A stretch of 64,000 nt of DNA from Vicugna vicugna (lineage: Eukaryota): NCBI GenBank assembly GCA_013265495.1, contig MU058687.1, forward strand, positions 2,358,001 through 2,422,000, in the 5' to 3' direction. Positions within the stretch are counted from its first letter, which is position 1. Every line of letters starts with the position of its first letter. The position numbers and the translations under genes are program-made. The notes beneath the pieces are model-generated. The model searched no databases, had not been told where the DNA came from, and worked only from the letters and a program-made list of their open reading frames with translations. Below, piece by piece: positions 51,646 to 64,000 of the stretch.

Positions 51646-54600
51646 CTTTACACATATTCTGGGCATTTTCAAGAAAAAAACCCCAGGTTCCAGGGAACAG
51701 AATTTGGGAGTGTCAACTCACATTACCAAGCTCTTCCCACCACTTGAAGCCACCTTTACCTCACCTAGTCTTGCTCTGACCCCGAAAACATCTGTCCGGG
51801 GTGAATATCCCATGCACTACATGAATGGTTCCTGTTCTAACTCAATGTAGAGGTGCGAGGAGAGAGGGCTCCAGTCCTGCAGTCTCTGCTGTCACGTCCA
51901 CCTGGTTTCCCTTTACGTGTAGACTTTTGGTTTGGGGAAGCAAGATTGCACTTATGGCTTCATGTCTGGAAGAAGTGGGGAGTCCTCTGGCAGACCATGT
52001 GCTCCCTGTTTAAGAGTGCTACGGATGAAGATGGCTCCTCCTCTCCCTCCTCCTCTTGGCCCCAAATGGCCCTCCCCATGACTGTCCCTGCCTGTTCAGT
52101 TCCGCCTGTGGGTTTTCTCTTATCACTTCTTTCCCTAGCCTGGGATGGGCAGGGGAACCTGGGGCTTAGCCATTCAAAGCCCCGTGTGTGATGCTCAGAA
52201 GCCAAGCCTTCGTCTCTACAGGAAGAAAGGTTAGGAGTCTTTGGAGACATTTTTTCCAACTTACTTTTTCTAGGAAGTTGGTCTCACTTCTGCAGACATG
52301 CCCCTCCTTGTCAGCCCAAATGCCCAACTCATCTGTGCAAAGATCCCATTGGCAGCTGTCACAAGCCAAAGCCAGGACACTGGGGCTCTCACTCGAATAC
52401 TGAAGAGCCTCTCCCCACATTCCCTGTGAGAAGAGGGACCACCAAAGCTTCCTGTCCCCTCGTCCCACAGACACACATGACAAGCCTCTACAGTCAAGCC
52501 TGGAGCAAGGCTAGGACAGAGGCCATCATAAAGGAGACAAGACTCTAGAGCAACTCATGGGCCACATGAACTGCACTTGACCCCATTCTCAAGGCCTCTC
52601 ATTAAATACATGTTCCTGATGAAACCCAAAGCCATGTTCAATGCCCAGCCAATCCCTCCCAAAGAAACAACAGTCCAGCAACCACAAAATAACTAAAAGT
52701 GACTCTAGTCTTGACCCTTAGCATACCCTTAACACCACCAGTGGGATAGTAAATTATCAATGCACAGCAAAACCTCATCAGAAACCTCTTTCTTCCTCTC
52801 TCTCTCCCAGGCATCCTCTCCTACATGTCTCAGCTTCCACCTGATTCTGCAGGATGGTTCCCTGCTCCTGGAAATCTCTCCCATGTATCTCCATGCTGCC
52901 CCAGCTCCCCCTAACTCAGCCTTCTAGGTGCCCCAGCTTCAGCCCTCCCCTCCCCGATTCAGCTCCTTGTTACCTAATCAGCTCAGCCTCTTCAGCTTCT
53001 TTCCACGTTACAGCACAAGCTGAAGAGAAGCCAGAAGCTGCTCCAGTAAGCAAACGTCTTCTTGAGCAGAGGGCGTGTGGTGAGGACAGTGGAGGAAGAC
53101 TGAAGACCTCGCCACCTCATGTATTTCATTTTGCCTCTGATGCAAAGTCACTTCGCCCCCACAGAACAGATGCCACCTGGAATCCTAGAGAGCTGCCCCT
53201 TACCTGCCCTGAGGCTTTGCCGTGCACACTGGACCCAGATGTGCTCTTCCAGGGGGACACCTCCAGGCTCAAAGGCTGGCAGTTGTTTTAGGGGAACACC
53301 TAGAAATCTTCTCCAATTCAGGATGTGCTGTCTCTTCTGTTAGCCCTCCTTTCTCCTGACTGATTCTGGTCCCTTTGACCTGCTTCTTTACACATTCATT
53401 CATCACCTGGTACGGAGCTAAGTTTGGGGGTGTATTGAGGGCTCCCGGTTGAGCAGAGAAGATAGGCATTGAACTAGCAATTTACAAGGGCATCTTATCC
53501 AGGAAACTTTCAACAACATATGGGAGGATGTAGCAGGGAAAGCAACCTAGCCTTTGGCAGGGATGGGGTGGGGGATGGGGGGTATTGTGCAGGTAACCAT
53601 CCTGCAGAAGCAGGTGGAGGCTGAGACATGTAGGAGAGGAGGAAGCCAGGTAAGGTGGGGGAGAGTTTCTGGAAAAGAGAGCTCTCTTCCAGGACAGAGA
53701 GAGGGAGAGACACACAGAGCGAGGCTAATGTGCTCGGGCTTGCTCAAGAAACTGGAAAAAGACCATTTGGTTGGTTGGTTGGTGGCAAAGGGGCAGAAGA
53801 GAAGAGAAGGCTGGAAATCAGGGACCAGATTGCACAGGGCTTGTTGAGGACATTGCTCTCAATCCAGAACAAATTGGAAACTCTGGCCGAGTTTTAAGCA
53901 GGGGAAGGACATGGTCAGACCTGTCTCTCCCACCTGGAGACAGTGGGGCAAGCTTTCGGTCCTCCCTGGGCTGGCTGTCGGGGTGAGACACTAGCTGTAG
54001 ATTCAGACTGGCCCAGGCTCAGAAGCCCCTGCTCTGCCCTCACTGGCAGAGTGGCCAGGTGAGAGGGGAGCTAGGCGACCCTTGCCTGGCCCTGGCCAGG
54101 TCCTACGTCCTTCTCCATCCTGCGGCGCATGTAACCCTTTGCTCCACACTGGAGTCTCTACCGTGGCGGTGGGGCAGGGGTGGGGAGTGAGCAGGAGGCC
54201 AGTAGAGGAGCGAAACCTGGGACAGGTGTGAAAAGTACTGGCCAAAAAATAAGAGAGAGAAAGAATTTCACTCAGAGGAAATGTTCCTGGAAGGAGACAA
54301 AGCTGAACCAGCTTGCTCTGGAAATTGCTTTGTTTAAAATGCAAAGTGCAGATGTGTTTAGATGACATCTCAGCATCCATCACCCTATGCAAATACCGAC
54401 CCTGGGGAAGAGGAGCCCCTGTAAGTCAGTCGGATCTGGTGATGGCAGGCTGAGGGGGCAGCACCGGGGCGGGTGACAGCTCACCACCCAGGAGAGAGGC
54501 TTGATAAGGGGCAGTAGGGGAGGGAGCCCAGCCTTGGGTGGGGGAGTCAATGGACCCACATTTGTGTCCAGGGGTTTAGGGATGAGGTTAGCCACCTGCC

Positions 54601-54917
54601 CAGCCCATCCCCCACCCCAGGCTAGCTGCTCTTGGATGGGGATGCAGGATGTGGGATGATGCTGACTGAAGAACAGCCCTTTAAACAAGGAGCTCCCAGG
54701 CTCCAGGACAGTGAATTAAATCCTTCCTGGGGAGCAGGCAGAATGTCCCTTGCCTGAACACTCTGCCCAAGGAGAACTGGGGAAATGGAATACCTGGTGG
54801 GGCTTTTAAACTCAAGCCCACCATCTGATATCTCAACCAATCATCAACCCATGGTCTCTCATGTGGTGTTTCAGACTCAGCTGGTAAGCCTTCAGTGACA
54901 AAAACTTATCATCCTGG

Positions 54918-55090
54918 TAGGGATTTCCAGATGAAATCCAAGATGCTCAGTTAAATCTGAATTTCAAATAAGGAATAATTTTTTTTTAGTATGACCATGT
55001 CCCAAATACTGCATGAGATTTTTATTGTTTATCTGAAATTTGAATTTAACTGGGTGTCCTGTATTTTTACTCATAAATCTGGCCATCTTA
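54918..55090. mobile_element. MER53 palindromic hAT MITE
   Basis: Internal inverted arms cagttaaatctgaatttcaaataa / ttatctgaaatttgaatttaactg; 8-bp TSD CATCCTGG at 54910-54917 and 55091-55098. Confidence 0.88.
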
Positions 55091-55374
55091 CATCCTGGAC
55101 AATCCATTCCATTTTTGCACACATCTAATCACTAAGTCAGGGGTTGACCCACCTCTGCCTTCTTTTCATTTCTATCCATCCCATCCCCATCCTGGTTCTG
55201 CCTTCTGGGCCACATGCAACACTTTTGCTTCTTTCCCTTTATCTCTCACAAGTTCCCACCACCAACAGACATCTTACATTCCTGACCCCATCTTAGCCTC
55301 TGCCTGCGGTCCTCAACCTCAGGGAAAACTGCTCAGCCTGGCTGTTAGCTCCACTCCAAACACACATTCTTTGA

Positions 55375-55770
55375 TACTCATTCCTCTACTCAACAAGTGT
55401 TTGTTGAGTTCCCTCTACGTGCCTGGCACATGAGTAGACACTGAGGATGCAGGAGTAAACAAGACAAGTGTTGTCTCAGCTTCCCCGGGGCTTTCATACT
55501 TGCTGGATTGAACAGACTTTTTAAAAAGAAGCAGCAGCAGCTAATAAAGTATGACAGGTGTGAAGGCAAGAAAGGAATAAAGGAACTGAGATGGAGAATT
55601 ATGAGTTGGGGAGGAAAGCTACTTTAAATAAGATTATTGGGGAGGGTCACTTTAAAGAGGTGACATTTAGGCCAAGTTCAGAAAGGTGAGAAAATGTTGA
55701 CCATGCAGAGTGGTTGGCAGTATGTTCTAAATAGCAAAAATATCATGTGCAAAGGCCCTGGGGTGAGACT
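55375..55770 (-). mobile_element. L2 3' portion
   Basis: tcaacaagtgtttgttgag...gaggtgacattt...tgtgcaaaggccctgggg. Confidence 0.75.
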
Positions 55771-57749
55771 GAATTGCAGCAGGGGGCTTTAATGTTAGAC
55801 AACTCTTTCATTTATCAGAATTTTCATTTTCTATTTTAATTTATATTTTTATCTATCCTCAGTGGATATTCCAACTTCTAGTATTCTTAAGGTCCCAAGC
55901 CAGTCTCATTCCTTAGCAGGTGACCTTGCCTTCTGATTCACTAAGAAGATGGAGCCCACACACCAGTTTCTTCTTTCCTTTGTTCTTGAAATAAATGTGT
56001 TCTGACTTCCCTGCACAGCCAGCCCTTCCCCCTGTCTTAAGCTGGCCTTCCAGCCCCTTTGGGGCCTTTGCTTCATCAATTATTTTCTCTCTTGTACTTT
56101 CAACCTTGTGCATTCCACTGGCTTCATCTCTTTCACCTTCAAACCAGCTCAAATTTGATAGCTCCTCTTCCAGCTATGACTTTCATCTCTTTCTTTGTAT
56201 TCTCAGCAACTTTTTTTCTGAAAATATTGATGCCTTCATTGTTTCCTTCCCCACTCACTCTTTACCCATGCATTCTATCTTCTGCCATCTCTCACCCAAC
56301 AGTCTCTGCTCTTTGAAAGGCCATCAGTACTGCCTTTCTCAGGCTTTCCAAATGTGTGGTTTATCTCCCTCACTCTGCACATACCTGTGCTCATAGTTAT
56401 TTCCCTGCCTGAATGCAAGGTTTTTGAAGTCACGGACTTGTCTCACTTATTTTTATCATCCAAAGCCCCAAGCACATCACTTTGCCCAGAGAGGTCGCTC
56501 AGTACATACTTACGAGATGAATTCAACTAAGGTGTCTCTTGGGCTTTGGGGAACCAATGTGAGAGAGTTTCCTCTGGGGTAAATGCAAGAGGGCTCCCCT
56601 CAGTGGCAGAATGGGGAGGTTGGATTGGAGGAAGGGGTAGGGAGAGAGTGAGAAAGAAGGGGGAATAGGCAGAGGGTGCCAGCTTTTACAAGAGGATGAT
56701 AAATGATAACAGCGCTGGGAACAAAACCAAACATCGTTCATGCTGTCAGAGCAATGAAGCCAGCACATTCCAAGACGCTGGCACCAGGCAGTGCCTTGCT
56801 GTCGGAAGAGGCACAGGCTCTCAGTCGCCTTCTGCTTGGAGTCAACAGCCCAATTCATCTTCCTTGGGGTGTCTTCTGAAACTGGGGGGGATGAGTATCC
56901 TGGGGTTCATGAGAGGGAGGGAAGTTGACCTGAGCCAGCTGTCCTCCACAATGTCCCCTTCCTGGGCAGCAGTCGTCTCATGTGACTCTACTGGTCCCTT
57001 CCATGTCTGGGGTCAACCAGATGGTGCTGGCTTCCATGTGTGTTGTGGGGCATTTGTCCCATCCCCTTTTATGGAGCACTAAATATTAAACTAAAGATGC
57101 TCCAAGAATAAGCAAACTGAAACACACCTGCTGGGGCTGGTGAGACGATCCGAGACTTAACTGTCGCATATTTTCTTCCTTTGTTCACTTTGTGGAGTGG
57201 AAGAAGCCCTACTCTGAATCAGGGAGACTGCCTGGATTTGGGGCTCAGCTTTGCCATGGAAGAGTTATATAACCCCTCTGGGTCTAACTTGTTGGGCTGA
57301 GTAAAGGAACTCTAAGCTACCTTCTGATTTTCTTATTGTTATTCCTTATGCAACTCAGCAACGGGTATCTGCGGTTTTCTCAACCCTTTCTCTCTTTATG
57401 ACAGCACCCCACGTCACCATTTTTTCCCCACATGGTCCTGGCAAGGCTGTCAACCATACTGCCCTCCCCAGCAAGGGGTGGGGCCAGGAGCTGAGCTTGG
57501 CCAATCAGACTCTGGGGCAGGGGTCACGTGATGGCAGTCCTTAAGGTCTTTGAAGGCAGGGTCCCTGGCTTATTCACTTTTATACCTCCAGAACCCAGCC
57601 CAGTGATGGACTGAGAATAGGCCCTCAGCAAATATTTGACAACTGAGTAGCTGATGACCACAGGCTGGGAAGTTCAGGACAAGTGTGCTTGGAACCATGG
57701 AGCCTCTTAAATTCATTAATGCTATTCATATTCAAGTATTTCTAACTTC

Positions 57750-58075
57750 CCACCCACTTGGCACAGTCCCTGGGCCCCCTGTCGTTGGGTGGAGACCATG
57801 TGATTATTCTGATCAATGAGTCATAAGCAGAATTACCAGGTGTCACTTTTAGGCTGAAGCATTTAATGACAGAGCTCTCTTTCCTTCTACTTTGAAAAGC
57901 TGCAATGATCCAGATGGTGGCTTCTCCATCAATCAGAATCCTAAAGTGACAACAACACTGAGTAGAGCCCCCTGCTGACCAGTGAGTAACACGTAGGATA
58001 AATGAGAATAAGCTTTTATTATAGTGAACTTCTGACTTTTTTTTTTTTAACCAGTATAACCTGTCACAACTAACA
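57750..58075. mobile_element. MLT1-type MaLR LTR remnant
   Basis: gaccatgtgattattctgatcaatgag...ccagatggtggcttctccatcaatc...gagccccctgctgacc. Confidence 0.55.
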
Positions 58076-58196
58076 CACTGATGAGGGCTCAAAGTACTTA
58101 ATCTAAACTATATTCTATCCTTCTGTCCTCATTCTGGTCCAGTTCACTGCCCATGCTGAGTTCAATCTAACCAGCCTCCTCTCTCCAGAAATAAAA

Positions 58197-58238
58197 AGGA
58201 AGGAAGGAAGGGAAGAAGGAAGGGAGGAAGGAAGGAAA
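58197..58238. repeat. (GGAA)n-like purine tract
   Basis: Directly visible. Confidence 0.85.
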
Positions 58239-59092
58239 GCCATCATACCATTAACCAGGAATCCAGCTGAACGGCTGCTAGGGAGACATGGCCTCAAGAA
58301 CTCTGAAGTCCATGGTGAGTTCACCGCCATGAGGATAGATCAGCCCACCTCAGACAGCAAAGGGAGAGCTGGGGAATTTTCCTCCCTTCTATGTAGCCAG
58401 TTATTTGGGGATCCTTAAAACTCATGCTAAATCCGACCCTAGTCCCATTCCTAACTCATATGTACCCTGAGATACCCTTATAAGTATGTCTACACATCTT
58501 AAGAAGGGAGGGGACCACAATTCACACAATATCACACCCATGTGCCTTCCACAGCCGACGTCCATACCATTCACAGCTCACAAAATGTCCCTCTGCTAGT
58601 CCCCACCCCTCATCTGCCAAGGTCTGTCTGGTTTTTAACACACTGAGCCAACGTGGTTCATCAGACGTCAATCCTGTCAGTTGTGCATGTCAGGAGTTAT
58701 GGTTGGGCACCAGCTGACCCAGGTTGCATCTTGTTCTAGCTTCTGAGTCCTGGGGTCCTGATGTAGGGCCCTGTGTCTTCCTGGCAGAGGGGTACATACA
58801 CCATATAAAACCATATGTGTTCCAGGCCTTCTCTCATACCCATTACTCTTCATTAAGACTAATTAGAATGCCAATGAATAATCATATTATTCTAATGCAC
58901 CATGTAATGATTAAGAACGATGGTGATTTCCACTTCTCTTCCTCTCTCTTCTCCACCTCCTTTTCCTCACCTCCTGGAGAACAGCTACATGTTTGCTTCT
59001 TTATGACTTTTTGCTTGATTTTATTTCTTCCACTGGAGATTGGGAGAATGTTGCTAGGTAATGATGATGATGGTCATTCCATTCTGGCATTT

Positions 59093-59220
59093 TTTTAATT
59101 TAATTTTTTGGGGGTAATTAGGTTATTTATTTCTTTATTTTAATGGAGGTACCAGGGATTGAGCCCAGGACCTCATGCATGCTATGCACACACTCTGCCA
59201 CTGAGCTATTTCCTCCCCCC
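59093..59220 (-). mobile_element. Camelid-type tRNA-derived SINE (vic-1-like) with TSD
   Basis: Minus strand reads GGGGGGAGGAAATAGCTCAGTGGCAGAG...GGGCTCAATCCC (A/B boxes) plus an A-rich tail. TSD ATTCTGGCATTT at 59081-59092 and 59221-59232. Confidence 0.85.
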
Positions 59221-60010
59221 ATTCTGGCATTTGTGTCACTGGGTTCTCAGTGCCAGTCACAGAACATGGCATCAAATATTGCTGATGCAGATGGGGACAG
59301 GACAGAGGATAAGAGTAGCCTCACGGGGTGTACACATGGAGGGGTGCTCTCCTGGAATTTGCTCACTTAGTTTTCAAGGCAACTGTGTAGGGTAAATGAT
59401 ATTATAACCATCATGAAAGGACTATCTAAGCTAGGGAACATGAGACCTGCAAGGTGGGTATAGAGGGCAAAGCAGAGGAGAGAAAAGGGAGGAGGAGGGA
59501 GCTGGACTACTCTTCCCCAAACCCTCCCCCATAGCATCACACACACACAGGACATCACCGTGTGCAGAAAGCTCTTCCTCCCAAGCCGTGATCACTTGTC
59601 TGCACAGACTTACCCAGACTCGCTGGTGTGTGGACGAGGTACACTCCTGAGACCTGGGAGTTTGTAGCTCCATCTCCTTAAACAGATAGCCTTCTGTCTT
59701 CAAAATGTCCATCCTAAATCCAGCCTTGAAACAGAAGGATCTTGGCTAGTCCACTGTCAATCTCAGATGCATCTCCTTGGTGTAGGGTAAAAAATATGGA
59801 TTCTGGAATCAGAAGGATCTGAGCAAGTCTCTTAGCTTCTTTAAGCGTCAGTTTTCCCATATATAAATTGGGAATTATCATGTTTACTTCATCAGAATGG
59901 CAGTCCTTATACAGTACTTAGCATATAGTAGGCACTTAATAAAATATTAGATGAAGGTAAACTGAGTCTTTATACATATGAATATGTATTACTTTAAATC
60001 CTTTTCAAAA

Positions 60011-60107
60011 TTTGTTGTTGCTGTTAATGGAAGTACTGGGGATTGAACCCAGGACCTCATGCATGCTAAGCACATGCTCTACCACTGAGCTATACCCCTA
60101 CCTCCCC
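60011..60107 (-). mobile_element. Second camelid-type tRNA-derived SINE
   Basis: gtactggggattgaacccaggacctcatgcatgctaagcacatgctctaccactgagctataccc; closely similar to 59143-59220. Confidence 0.85.
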
Positions 60108-60109
60108 GA

Positions 60110-63100
60110 TCTTAAAAGGCAGTTTCACTGGGTATAGATCTTAGGTTGACATATTGAAGAGAATATTATCACTGTCTTCCATCTGGGCCAGGAGGTTTCT
60201 AATTTGGGAGTTTTTAAATTACAAATTTAAATTTGTTCAAAAGTTACAGCGTAATTCGAATTCCATACTGGGTGAGGTGTGGTAGTTGGTGTTTTTTTCA
60301 GGAATGAGTTCATTTCATTTAAGTTGTCAAATGTATGTGTGTGGAGTTGTTTGTAGTATCCTCTTACTTTTAAAAAACGTATCTGCAGCATCTATAGTGA
60401 TAGCTCTTTTTTCATTTCTGATATTGGTAAGTTGCATTTTTCTTTTTTTCTTTGTCAGTTTTGTTAGAGGTTTGTCAATTTTATTGGTATTTTTGAATAC
60501 TCAGCTCTTTTTCCCCATTGATTTAAAATTTTTTCCTGTTTTTAATTTCACTGATTTTGTTCTTGTTTTCTTCCTTCTGCTCGCTTTATTTTGATCCTAT
60601 TTTTCTAAAGTCTTGAGGTGGGAGCTTAGATTATTGATTTAAGACTTTTTGTCTTTCCTTATATAAGCATTTAATGCTATAAATTTCCCTCTCAGCATGG
60701 CTTTAGCTACAAAACCACAAGTTTTAATATGCAGTACTTTGATTTCATTCAGTTTGATTTATTTTTCCTTAATTTCCCTTGAGACTTTCCTTTTTGACCC
60801 ATGGATTATACGGAAATGTAATGTTCCCTTTCCAAATAGTTGGAGATTTTTTCATTATATTTCTGCTATTGATTTATATATAAACTCTATGTGATGGTAC
60901 TTGGAGGTGGGGCTTTGGAGAGGTCATTGGGTCATGAACAAGATTAGGACCACTGTAAGAAAAAGCTAGAGAGCTAGCTAGCTCTCTCTTCCTTGTGAGG
61001 GTAAAAGAAGTCAGCTGTCTGCAACCCAGAGGAGGGTTCTCATCAGAACCCAACCATGCTGGCACCCTGATCTTGGACTTCCAGCCTCCAGAACAGAAAT
61101 AAATTTCTATCGTTTAGGCTGCCAAGTTTATGGTATTTTGTCATAGTAGCTTGAGCTAAGACAGTTGAGTCATGTCATTTTTATTCACTCTCTTTTAAGT
61201 AGCATCTTTGAGCAATTTACATTTAATGTAATTATTGATATGCTAGAGTTTTGTTTTCTGTGTGTTCTCCCTGTGTTTTGTTTCTCTGTTTTCTTTTTCC
61301 TGATTTCCTCTGGATTCTTTGAATATTTTTTAGAATTTAATTTTTATTCATCTATAATTTTTTTGAATCTATCTCTGCGTGGCTTTGTTAGTGGTCGCTG
61401 TATGTATTACATTAGATATACAAGTCACAGTCTATTGGTATCATCTTTTTACCAGTTCAAATAAAAGTGTAGAAACTTTACCTCCCTATATGTTCCTTTA
61501 CCATTCTCTATTTATTATATAATTGTCTTAAATATTTCTCCTACACATATTTAGAGCCACATCAGACAGTGTTATAATTTTTGCTTCAACTGTCAAATGT
61601 AATTTAGAAAACCTGAGAGGAGAAGGAAAGTCTGTTGTATTTACCCACATTTCTGCTTACTGTACTCTATCTTTTTTCCTTTCATTTCAAAGTCCCTTCT
61701 TTTATTCTTTCTGTTTAAAGAATTTCCCTTAGCCATTCTTTTAAGCTTAGGTCTAATGGCAAAAACTTATCTCAGTTTTCCTTCATCTTGGAATGTCTTG
61801 ATGTCCTCCTTTATTTCTGAAGGATATTTTTGCTGGATATAGGGTTTTCGGTTGATGCTGCTTTTCCTTGTGCACTTGAAAATTGTTGCACCCCTTCCCT
61901 CTGGTCCCATGGTTTCTAATGAGAAACTTGCTGCTATTTAAATTATTTCTCCTCTATAAGTAAGGTATCTTTTCTCTTGTTGCTTTTAAGATTTTTTTCT
62001 TTGTTTTTAGTCTTCAAAGTTTGACTCTTGTGTGCTAATGTGGATTTCTTTAGATTCCTCCTGTTTGGGATTTGCTCAACTTTTGAATCTATAGATTTAT
62101 GTCTCTTGCCAAATTTGGAGAGTTTTCAGCATTATTTCTTTGAGTACTTTTCAACTACACCCCCCTCTTGTTCCAAAACTCTGATGACACAAATATTAGC
62201 CCTTTTGTTAGAGTCCAAAGATTATTGAGACTCTGTTCGTTTTTAAAGTCTATTGTTCTATTTTCAAGTTTACTGATTCTTTCCTCTGCCCTCTCCATTC
62301 TGCTACTGAACCAATCTTACTGATTTTTTTTTATTTTGGTTATTGTACTTTTCAGTTCTAAAATGTCCACTTTGTTTTTCTTTGTATTTTCTATTATTTG
62401 GCTGAGGCTGTTTTTTCCTTTCATTTGTTCCAAGCATGTTTGTTGCTTATTGAAACATTTTAATGATAGCTGTTTTAAAATCTTTGTCAGCTAATTCTAA
62501 CATCCCTGTTGCTTGATATTGGCGTCTATTGATTGTCTTTTTCTTTTTAGTTTGAGATCTTCCTAATTATCATTTTTCATTGGAATCGGTATTTATATTA
62601 TGAAACTCTGGGTCTTATTTAAACCTCTTTTAGCTAGTTTTTTTCCTGACACCAGTTGGGCAGGGGAAGAGGGGTTGCAGCCTTGAACTGCCAGGTAGGG
62701 GTAGAAGGCAAGGCTTCTTATTGCTCCTGGATGGAGGTGGAGGTGGGAAACCTGGCTCCTCATTAGGTGTCCCTGACACCCCCTGGCTGGGAAGAGTAGG
62801 AGTGCCTCATTACTGCTCTCCACATGGCCTCCACTGACACCACAGAGGGAGGGACCTCATTACCGACTGATGGGGATAAAATTCCCAGCTCCCTCCCTAC
62901 ATGGCCTCTCTGACACTACCCTGGTGGAGAGGGCAGGGTGCCTCATCACAGCCCAGCAGGATGGAAGTCCAGGCTTCACACCTGGCCACTGCTGCTGGGA
63001 GAGGGGGTGTGGCCCCAGGTTTTCCTGTTGGATTTGGTTAGAGCAGAGTTGCTGTCATCTAAAAGTTTCCTGGCTTGCTAGGCTTCCCTTTCCTAATCCT

Positions 63101-63400
63101 TTGGATGGGGAGAGCAGGCTTTGGTTTGGACTTGTAAAAATCTGTGCTTATTGGTGTTTCTAGGTTGCCAGCTTCTTCAGCTTCCATTCTGGGGGATATG
63201 AGGCAAAAGGAAAATACAGAGAACTCACCATCATTTTGTTCCTTGGGCCTCGACATCCCTGGCTGGTCTGCTGTCTTCACTCTACCTTTCAGAGTCTTTT
63301 TATGATTGTTTTATATGCAATGTCGAGGGTTTCTAGTTATATTTAGTGGAAACAATAGGGGAATGTATGTCTATTTCATCTTCCCAGAAGCAGAAATCCT
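60110..63400 (-). mobile_element. Old L1M fragments (decayed), interrupted by an LTR
   Basis: T-rich antisense L1 signatures (gctataaatttccctctcagc, ccaaatttggagagttttcagcattatttcttt); no intact ORF. Confidence 0.8.
60885..61163 (+). mobile_element. MLT1A/MST-type MaLR LTR nested in L1
   Basis: ggaggtggggctttgg...catgctggcaccctgatcttggacttccagcctccagaac...aataaatttct...ctaagaca. Confidence 0.85.
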
Positions 63401-63859
63401 ACTGTATGACTTTTAAAATTAGAAAAAACAGTGACTATATATGGTTTTGTGTGTGTCTCGGCGGCGTGGCGGGGAGAGGCGGGGGAGCGTTAAGATACAG
63501 CCACATCAAGGCTCACTGTCAGCCTTTTGATCTCATGCCAGGCACTGTACCGGCACTATAGGGACAGAAGAAAATAAGGCACAATTCCAGCCTCAAGAAG
63601 CTCACGCTGGAGAGGTGAAGCGAGCACATAGGTAAATAAGTACAACACCTGTTACACGTGCTGTGATGGAAATAGGCCCAAGTAAGGAGATCTGTCAGCG
63701 CCCCCAGGGGCCTGGCTTCCTGGAGGAGGAGATGCTTGAGCTGAGTCCACGGGAGCTCCTGGCCCGTCCCTAGAAAAGGTCCTTTCTTGGCAGGTCAGGG
63801 TGGGGACATCAAAGCTGTGGGAGTGGGGGACAGATGAGGGTGGCTATAGCATAACAGTT

Positions 63860-64000
63860 TAGAGCAGCACTTCATGTGCACGTGACACACCAGGGTATCC
63901 TGTTACAATGCAGATTCTGATTCAGTAAGTCTGAGGAAGGATCCAAGAGTCTGCATTTCTAACAAGCTCCCAAGTGATGCCTGTGGAGCTACTAGTCCGT
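63860..64000. mobile_element. MER5-type MITE
   Basis: atgcagattctgattcagtaagtctgagg...tctgcatttctaacaagctcccaagtgatgc. Confidence 0.8.

Noticed and set aside
60011..60107. tRNA gene
   Set aside because: tRNA-like head with a tail and a diverged paralogue 0.9 kb away; it is a SINE.

Overview
Mammalian genomic DNA, very probably camelid: it carries camelid-type tRNA-derived SINEs and an artiodactyl-type L1 3' end. The window holds the 3' part of ESRRB (ERR-beta/NR3B2) on the + strand. Five coding exons (12618-12734, 31039-31149, 31646-31807, 39379-39648, 45000-45244) have GT-AG, phase-1 junctions and encode the second zinc finger, hinge and ligand-binding domain to ...[11 protein letters not shown] ~3.5 kb 3' UTR ends near AATAAA 48764; the upstream exons lie outside the window. 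The rest is intron/intergenic DNA with MIR, L2, L1, MaLR/ERV LTRs, hAT MITEs and simple repeats. Nearly all other ORFs in the track are spurious. No prokaryote-style system (CRISPR, defence island) is present. Most notable unexplained structures: (1) a decayed copy of part of the 270-nt LBD exon in the next intron (~42443-42522), with a coding-like substitution pattern; (2) stop-disrupted counterparts of the human F-domain exons (ERRb2 and ERRb-delta10 tails) in the 3' UTR; (3) a palindromic NRL/MARE site next to a CRX site, plus a POU/CRX motif cluster, in the intron after 31807; (4) an inverted pair of perfect ERR response elements inside a MIR. Human protein and repeat consensus comparisons are from memory and need confirmation by alignment; most repeat boundaries are approximate.
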